Shown here: piece after piece, positions 42,732 to 47,070 of the stretch
Numbering within the stretch: position 1 is the stretch's first letter
How the letters are laid out: every line of letters begins with the position of its first letter
Made by a program: the position numbers and the translations under genes
Assembly (NCBI GenBank): GCA_035549255.1
Contig: DASZRD010000009.1
Location: forward strand, 1 to 47,070
DNA: 47,070 bases
Origin: Minisyncoccota bacterium
GTDB taxonomy: Bacteria; Patescibacteriota; Minisyncoccia; Phycocordibacterales; SBAW01
Direction of reading: 5' to 3'
Notes under the pieces: model-generated
Database searches by the model: none
Seen by the model: the letters and a program-made list of their open reading frames with translations, nothing else
What the model was told of the DNA's origin: nothing

Positions 42732-44186
42732 ATGGAGTATCGCCTTACGGTCGGCCTCGAGATACACGCCGAGCTCAAGACTCGCACGAAGATGTTCTGC
42801 GCCTGCCTCAGCGACCCCGATGAAAAGGAGGCCAACAAGAACATCTGCCCCGTCTGCATGGCCCATCCGGGCACACTGCCGGTTATCAATAGAGAGGCGG
42901 TGCACAAGGTACTGCTTGTAGGTTCGGCCGTGGGTGGGAACCTTGCTGATTTCACCGAGTTCGACCGCAAGAACTACTTCTATCCGGACATCCCCAAGGG
43001 GTATCAAATCAGCCAGTACAAATACCCGCTCGTATCCGGCGGCAGCCTTGCGGGCGTAGAACTGACCCGCATTCATCTTGAAGAGGACACGGCGCGGTCG
43101 CAGCACTCAGGCGAGAAATCTCTGGTCGACTATAACCGCGCGGGCGTTCCGCTGATGGAATTGGTGACCGAGCCGGTTATCCGAGACGCCGAGACGGCCG
43201 GCCGCTTCGCTAAAGAATTGCAGCTCCTCCTGCGCTACCTCGGGGCGGGGGAGGCGAACATGGAAAAGGGGGAAATGCGCGTGGAGGTCAACATCTCGGT
43301 AGCGCCCGTTAGGAGTGCTACCGAGATCAATCAAAAAGAGTCGCCCGTTCTCGGCACCAAAGTAGAGGTAAAGAACCTCAACTCCTTCCGCTCGGTTGAG
43401 CGAGCTATCGCGTTTGAGTTTAAGCGTCAATCCAAACTTTTAGATAAAGGCGGAAAGGTCGTGCAAGAGACTCGTGGTTGGGACGAGGCCAAGCAGGAAA
43501 CCTTCAGCCAGCGCAAGAAGGAGTCATCCCATGACTATCGCTACTTCCCGGACCCCGATCTCCCCAAACTCAAGATTTCGGAGATCCCTGAATTCTTACC
43601 TGAACAATTGAAGAGCGCATTGCCGGAACTCCCGTGGGCTAAGCGCGAGCGATACATGAGTTACGGTCTAAAAGAAGATGAAGCCAATTTCCTCGTTGAG
43701 GAGGATGGATTTCTTCAAATTATGTTTGAGGTAGTTACAAGACGAACAGAAGACAGAGAACTTACCCGACTTGCGGCTAATTACATCATTTCTGATGTAA
43801 GAGGTTACCTAAATAAAGCTGTTGTGAACTGGGATAAAAATGCATCGTCGAACATGGGCCCAGAAGCTTTTCTTGAACTAATGACTATGGTCAAAGAAGG
43901 TGAAGTATCTTCGCGTGCAGCTAAAGATATTATCCCTGAAATGTTTGTTTCCTCTAAGTCACCAAAGGCCATAGCAAAAGAAAAGGGCATCCTGCAGCAG
44001 AGCGACGCGGGCGCGCTGGCAGAGATTGCCAAGAAGGTGGTCGAGGCCAACCCCGCAGTTGTCGCCGACTACAGGGCGGGCAAGGATGCGGCAATGCAAT
44101 TTTTGGTAGGGCAGGGGATGAAGGTAAGCCGAGGTTCAGCAAATCCCGCAGCGCTCCGCGAGGCCATAGGAAAGGCCATCGTATAA
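42732..44186 (+). CDS. gatB: Asp-tRNA(Asn)/Glu-tRNA(Gln) amidotransferase subunit B
   Basis: Motifs MEYRLTVGLEIHAELKTRTKMFC, CPVCMAHPGTLPV, DRKNYFYPD and HLEEDTA, plus a C-terminal GatB_Yqey-like tail. The listed 42633 start overlaps the LamG gene and is unlikely. Confidence 0.9.
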   Translation: MEYRLTVGLEIHAELKTRTKMFCACLSDPDEKEANKNICPVCMAHPGTLPVINREAVHKVLLVGSAVGGNLADFTEFDRKNYFYPDIPKGYQISQYKYPLVSGGSLAGVELTRIHLEEDTARSQHSGEKSLVDYNRAGVPLMELVTEPVIRDAETAGRFAKELQLLLRYLGAGEANMEKGEMRVEVNISVAPVRSATEINQKESPVLGTKVEVKNLNSFRSVERAIAFEFKRQSKLLDKGGKVVQETRGWDEAKQETFSQRKKESSHDYRYFPDPDLPKLKISEIPEFLPEQLKSALPELPWAKRERYMSYGLKEDEANFLVEEDGFLQIMFEVVTRRTEDRELTRLAANYIISDVRGYLNKAVVNWDKNASSNMGPEAFLELMTMVKEGEVSSRAAKDIIPEMFVSSKSPKAIAKEKGILQQSDAGALAEIAKKVVEANPAVVADYRAGKDAAMQFLVGQGMKVSRGSANPAALREAIGKAIV

Positions 44187-44250
44187 GGATTTTTATCACT
44201 TTCTCACAACCCTCGCGTAACCGAGATGCGGCGTAGGGTATACTTACTGT

Positions 44251-45177
44251 ATGGATGAATTGGAAATCTCGGGCAAGCGGTATATCTCGACTCGCTTTGC
44301 CGCAAAGCTCCACAAATATCACGCCGACTATATCGGCCAGCTGATCCGCGGCAAGAAGGTGCCGGGGCAGAAGGTCGGCCGCGCATGGTACGTCGACGCC
44401 AAGGCGCTGGATGCTTATTTTAAAGGGGAGGCGAAGTCTCCCGCTCGTCCGCGAACGATACTCTCGATTGAACGCGTCGAACCGCGGGTTGCGGCGCGCA
44501 CGATTGTGCAAGAGGAGGAGCTGGTGGAAGCTCCTGAGGAAGAGGCCCCAGAGGGGATCGAGGAGCCTGCTCGCGAGGCTGCCGGAGCGATGGCTGACTT
44601 TGAGGAAGAGCAGCGGCAAAGCGATGAGCGCGAGGAGATCACGCCGCGCACCGTTCACGCTGCCATCGAGCCGGAGCCGGCGCGTGCGCCCGAACCGATG
44701 CAAAGCTTCCGCCGCCCGCTCCAGATAGAGCGCCACGACGAAGCAGGGCAAGAAGCGGTGGGCGAAGAACAGCCGCAAAGCGTATTCGAGACGATCGCAG
44801 AAGAATTGCGCGAAGAGGAATCCGTCCGCGAATCGATACGCATACCGATACGCCATTCGTCGGCGCACGCGCCCTCGCACCTTATGTATGTCGATGAGAT
44901 GGAAGCGGCGATCCCGACACTTACGAAGAAAGGAAATAGATCTGGTCTGGCTCCGGTGACGCGCATGCCGCGTTCGCAGGAAGAGCGCGAAGATATGGAA
45001 GAGGATACCGGCATGGCGCCGCGCAGCGCAGTACTGGTGCCGGTCATTGGCGTCGTTGTTGCGGGGGCACTGGTATTCGGCTTCGTTATGCTCTCGTCAG
45101 TGTTTGTAAATTCCACGACAATCGTTGATACGGGAAATGCATCTAACGCAGCCACAGCGCTACAAGCACAGCCCTAA
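44251..45177 (+). CDS. tail-anchored membrane protein with an N-terminal excisionase/MerR-type (HTH_17-like) domain and an acidic disordered linker
   Basis: The N-terminus YISTRFAAKLHKYHADYIGQLIRGKKVPGQKVGRAWYVDAKALDAYF fits an HTH_17 pattern. About 200 aa are Glu/Arg/Pro-rich. TM helix VLVPVIGVVVAGALVFGFVMLSSVFV lies near the C-terminus. Confidence 0.7.
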   Translation: MDELEISGKRYISTRFAAKLHKYHADYIGQLIRGKKVPGQKVGRAWYVDAKALDAYFKGEAKSPARPRTILSIERVEPRVAARTIVQEEELVEAPEEEAPEGIEEPAREAAGAMADFEEEQRQSDEREEITPRTVHAAIEPEPARAPEPMQSFRRPLQIERHDEAGQEAVGEEQPQSVFETIAEELREEESVRESIRIPIRHSSAHAPSHLMYVDEMEAAIPTLTKKGNRSGLAPVTRMPRSQEEREDMEEDTGMAPRSAVLVPVIGVVVAGALVFGFVMLSSVFVNSTTIVDTGNASNAATALQAQP

Positions 45178-45204
45178 CAAGAAATTATATATTTGAGATC
45201 ATAT

Positions 45205-45231
45205 AGCGCTTTTGTCAAAAAGCGCTTTTTT
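45205..45231 (+). terminator. rho-independent terminator
   Basis: AGCGCTTTT gtc AAAAGCGCT (9-bp perfect stem) followed by TTTTTT. Confidence 0.8.
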
Positions 45232-45288
45232 CTTATAAAAGATTGCTAAAGTTCCCCAAGCATTATCTTAAAATGTGCCGCAACTAAA

Positions 45289-45399
45289 CGAGATATTACC
45301 GAGATCTCGGATAACCTATACCGATATATCGTATAGGAGAGCCGATAAGTTATTTTTTATGAATGTTTATCTCCTATACGAGATTAATAAAAATCTCGG
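45289..45399. repeat. array of two interleaved short motifs (CGAGAT/ATCTCG and CCTATAC/GTATAGG) forming nested palindromes
   Basis: CGAGAT at 45289. Perfect 12-bp palindrome CCGAGATCTCGG at 45299-45310. CCTATAC at 45315-45321 pairs with GTATAGG at 45331-45337. GTATAGGAGA at 45331-45340 pairs with TCTCCTATAC at 45370-45379. CGAGATT at 45379-45385 pairs with AATCTCG at 45392-45398. Confidence 0.85.
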
Positions 45400-45457
45400 G
45401 ATGTAATTTTACTGGATTGATCCATAAAAATTTGAATCAAAGGGAGAATAAAATCTT

Positions 45458-45486
45458 TTGAAAATTTATTTTTTGGATTTTAAAAT
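45458..45486 (+). promoter_or_regulatory. near-consensus sigma70 promoter TTGAAA-17-TAAAAT with an overlapping 12-bp palindrome
   Basis: TTGAAA at 45458-45463, a 17-nt spacer, then TAAAAT at 45481-45486. The perfect palindrome GATTTTAAAATC at 45476-45487 covers the -10 element. Confidence 0.6.
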
Positions 45487-45573
45487 CGCTTTGCACTGTA
45501 ACAAACTATCCACATCATGAAGCGCATAGAGAGATAAAAAATTCGTGAACTCCGCGTAAAATAATAAGCACAG

Positions 45574-45612
45574 GGTAGCAATTCCTCCGGTGGAATTGCT
45601 ACCTCTTCTGTT
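45574..45612 (+). other. strong 12-bp hairpin in the putative 5' leader (attenuator/terminator-like)
   Basis: GGTAGCAATTCC tccggt GGAATTGCTACC followed by TCTTCTGTT. It lies 48-86 nt upstream of the ATG at 45660. Confidence 0.6.
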
Positions 45613-45659
45613 GCAGGAAGTTACCGAACTTTCCGCATAAACAAAAGTTTTTTCGGAGC

Positions 45660-47070
45660 ATGGCACCAGCAAAAAAAATAATTTCGGATAATGGCGCACC
45701 AATGCTCTCGGCACGTGCAGCTGCTAAGCGTCTTTCCTGCGCCCCCGATTATATCGGCAAGCTGTGCCGCGAAGGCAAGCTCCATGGTACGCAAGTCCAA
45801 GGGGCTTGGTTTGTCGAGGAAGTGTCGGTGCATGAGTTTGAAATCGCGCGCGCCGAAGCTAAGGCGAAGCGTTCCGCGTCACTCGCGCGCGAACGACGCG
45901 CTGAAAGCGCGCAGTACGCACACGTCCGTGAGACGGCACAGGCCCGCGCGGCGCGGAGCGAAAGGGCGGAAACCGAACCCGTGCGCGCGACCGCCCCGAT
46001 ATCTTCGCCCCTCTTATCTTCGAGCGTGCGCCAGGGGATCCTCCTCGCGGTAGGCGGCGTATTTCTTTTCGGTGCGATCGCTTTCGCGGGCGGAATACAC
46101 GGTCGCGATGCAGCCTTGGCGCAGCAGCAAGACCTTTCCGCATCGGTTGCGCAGGTAGACTCGCCTTTCTTCGGAGCGCGCCCGCTCGCAGTCGACACGA
46201 CATCGCTTCCGAATCCGCACACGTCGCTTATCTCGGACGTTGTCGCCTTTCTCAGCTCGCTCTTCGGCGGCGCACACTACGCGCAGGTGCAGTCGCCGTT
46301 CTTCAATGTCGCTCCGTCGACTAGCACTACGAGCGCAGCCCCGGCGTCTGGCGCCTCGCAGCAGCCGGTAGTGGCCGAAAATAATCCGCAGCCTTCAGAC
46401 CTGCCATCATCGCCGGCTGCGGCTACAACCACGATCGTGCAAAATACTTATCCGGTCATCGAGCGCACCGTCGAGCATCTGGTCTCGGGTGTTACCGAGG
46501 ATGAGCTTACACAAAAATTAAACCAGCTCGACAGCGAGCTCACCAGCAAGATCTTCTCCTCGGTCAATTCGAATCCGGCCCCCGTATATTCCTCCGGCGG
46601 CCCTACCAATAACATTGCGCTCTCGCAGATCATCAATAACCTCAATGGCGTCACGATCACGGGCGCAACCATCACTGGCAGCTCGATTGACGGGTATCTT
46701 GCGCTCTCCGGCGGCACGCTTACGGGCCCGCTCAATAACACCTCGGCCGGCACCTCGACCTTTGCTGGCTCGATCGAGCTCACCGGTGGCTGCTTCTCGA
46801 TCAATGGTACCTGCATCGGCCAGGGCAGCGGCTTCGGTTCCGTCACCTCGGTCGACGCCTCCGGCGGCTCGACCGGCCTCGCATTCACCGGCGGTCCGAT
46901 CACCGGCGCGGGCACGCTGACGCTCGGCGGCGTTCTCGCGGCGGCAAACGGCGGTACCGGCACCTCTACCGCCCCCGGCTATGGCATGATTCTGGTCGGT
47001 AATTCAAGCGGCGGCTATGACCTCGTGGCGACATCGAGCCTGGGGCTCGTGGCCTCGGGTGGTACTGGCT
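45660..47070 (+). CDS. large surface protein, 3' end off-window: HTH_17-like N-terminal domain, one TM helix, extracellular Gly/Thr/Ser-rich fibre-like region
   Basis: Not in the ORF track because it has no stop. I translated frame 3 from the ATG at 45660 to 47070 and found no stop codon. The N-terminus MLSARAAAKRLSCAPDYIGKLCREGKLHGTQVQGAWFVEEVSVHEF is paralogous to the 44251 gene. TM helix GILLAVGGVFLFGAIAFAGGI. Later LSGGTLTGPLNN, GGCFSINGTCIG and VTSVDASGGSTGLAFTGGPITGAGTLTLGGVLAAANGGTG resemble tail-fibre repeats. The exact start is uncertain: no good SD, and the ATG at 45702 is an alternative. Confidence 0.75.
   Translation, partial: MAPAKKIISDNGAPMLSARAAAKRLSCAPDYIGKLCREGKLHGTQVQGAWFVEEVSVHEFEIARAEAKAKRSASLARERRAESAQYAHVRETAQARAARSERAETEPVRATAPISSPLLSSSVRQGILLAVGGVFLFGAIAFAGGIHGRDAALAQQQDLSASVAQVDSPFFGARPLAVDTTSLPNPHTSLISDVVAFLSSLFGGAHYAQVQSPFFNVAPSTSTTSAAPASGASQQPVVAENNPQPSDLPSSPAAATTTIVQNTYPVIERTVEHLVSGVTEDELTQKLNQLDSELTSKIFSSVNSNPAPVYSSGGPTNNIALSQIINNLNGVTITGATITGSSIDGYLALSGGTLTGPLNNTSAGTSTFAGSIELTGGCFSINGTCIGQGSGFGSVTSVDASGGSTGLAFTGGPITGAGTLTLGGVLAAANGGTGTSTAPGYGMILVGNSSGGYDLVATSSLGLVASGGTG

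Noticed and set aside
44411-44728. Alternative-frame ORFs within the acidic linker of the 44251 gene (105 aa on the + strand, 78 aa on the - strand).
   Set aside because: They lie inside a low-complexity GAG/GAA/CGC-rich region where all frames stay open. The frame beginning at 44251 is the only one with an HTH-like head and a TM helix.
45466-45714. 82-aa minus-strand ORF in the AT-rich spacer.
   Set aside because: It spans the candidate promoter and the 12-bp hairpin and overlaps the start of the + strand fibre-like gene. It has no RBS. ORFs of this size arise readily by chance in AT-rich DNA lacking stop codons on that strand.
1-47070. Search by eye for tRNA/rRNA genes, CRISPR repeat arrays, IS elements or transposases, integrases, reverse transcriptase/DGR repeats, and alternative-code (UGA recoding) signals.
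   Set aside because: I saw no T-loop or cloverleaf candidates outside coding sequence. There are no regularly spaced direct repeats and no DDE, tyrosine or serine recombinase or RT motifs in any listed ORF. TGA terminates asnB-like, murB and the 27114 gene at the positions where homologues end, so the standard code applies. A covariance-model scan with tRNAscan-SE or Infernal would be needed to exclude small RNAs.

Overview
Gene-dense, G+C-rich bacterial fragment with about 45 protein genes, nearly all on the + strand, many with 1-4 nt start/stop overlaps. It uses the standard genetic code: TGA, TAA and TAG all end recognisable genes where homologues end. The gene content fits a small-genome Patescibacteria/CPR-like organism, but this is inference only. 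That content includes a short Obg, a Wzy_C-TPR ligase, LTD and LamG surface proteins, a soluble VirD4/TraD-like ATPase, many GT-C enzymes and no LPS core genes. Layout: (i) 1-4.3 kb holds a hypothetical gene, CapA, a soluble TraD/VirD4-like ATPase and an overlapping lamin-tail-domain (LTD) surface protein. (ii) 4.3-33.3 kb is a ~29 kb surface or protein glycosylation supercluster. It has six GT-B enzymes, one GT2, one exostosin-like GT, three to four GT-C-like membrane enzymes and a Wzy_C/TPR ligase. It also has three flippase classes (SMR-like, GtrA, Wzx), a HAD-phosphatase::UbiA fusion, several SDR sugar-nucleotide enzymes, a truncated UGDH-like protein, an AsnB-like amidotransferase, a sugar C-methyltransferase and tandem Gmd paralogues. 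The 19.7-27.1 kb part has visibly lower G+C. (iii) 33.5-44.2 kb is housekeeping (murB, secA, GNAT, Nudix, ccdA, a holin-family membrane protein, obg, gatB), interrupted by a secreted 3xLamG protein. (iv) From 44.25 kb to the end, two paralogous HTH-TM proteins flank a 480-bp AT-rich, repeat-dense spacer. The second is a fibre-like surface protein that runs off the window. I recognised no rRNA, tRNA, CRISPR array, transposase or integrase. All motif calls were made by eye from the translations; no database search was possible.
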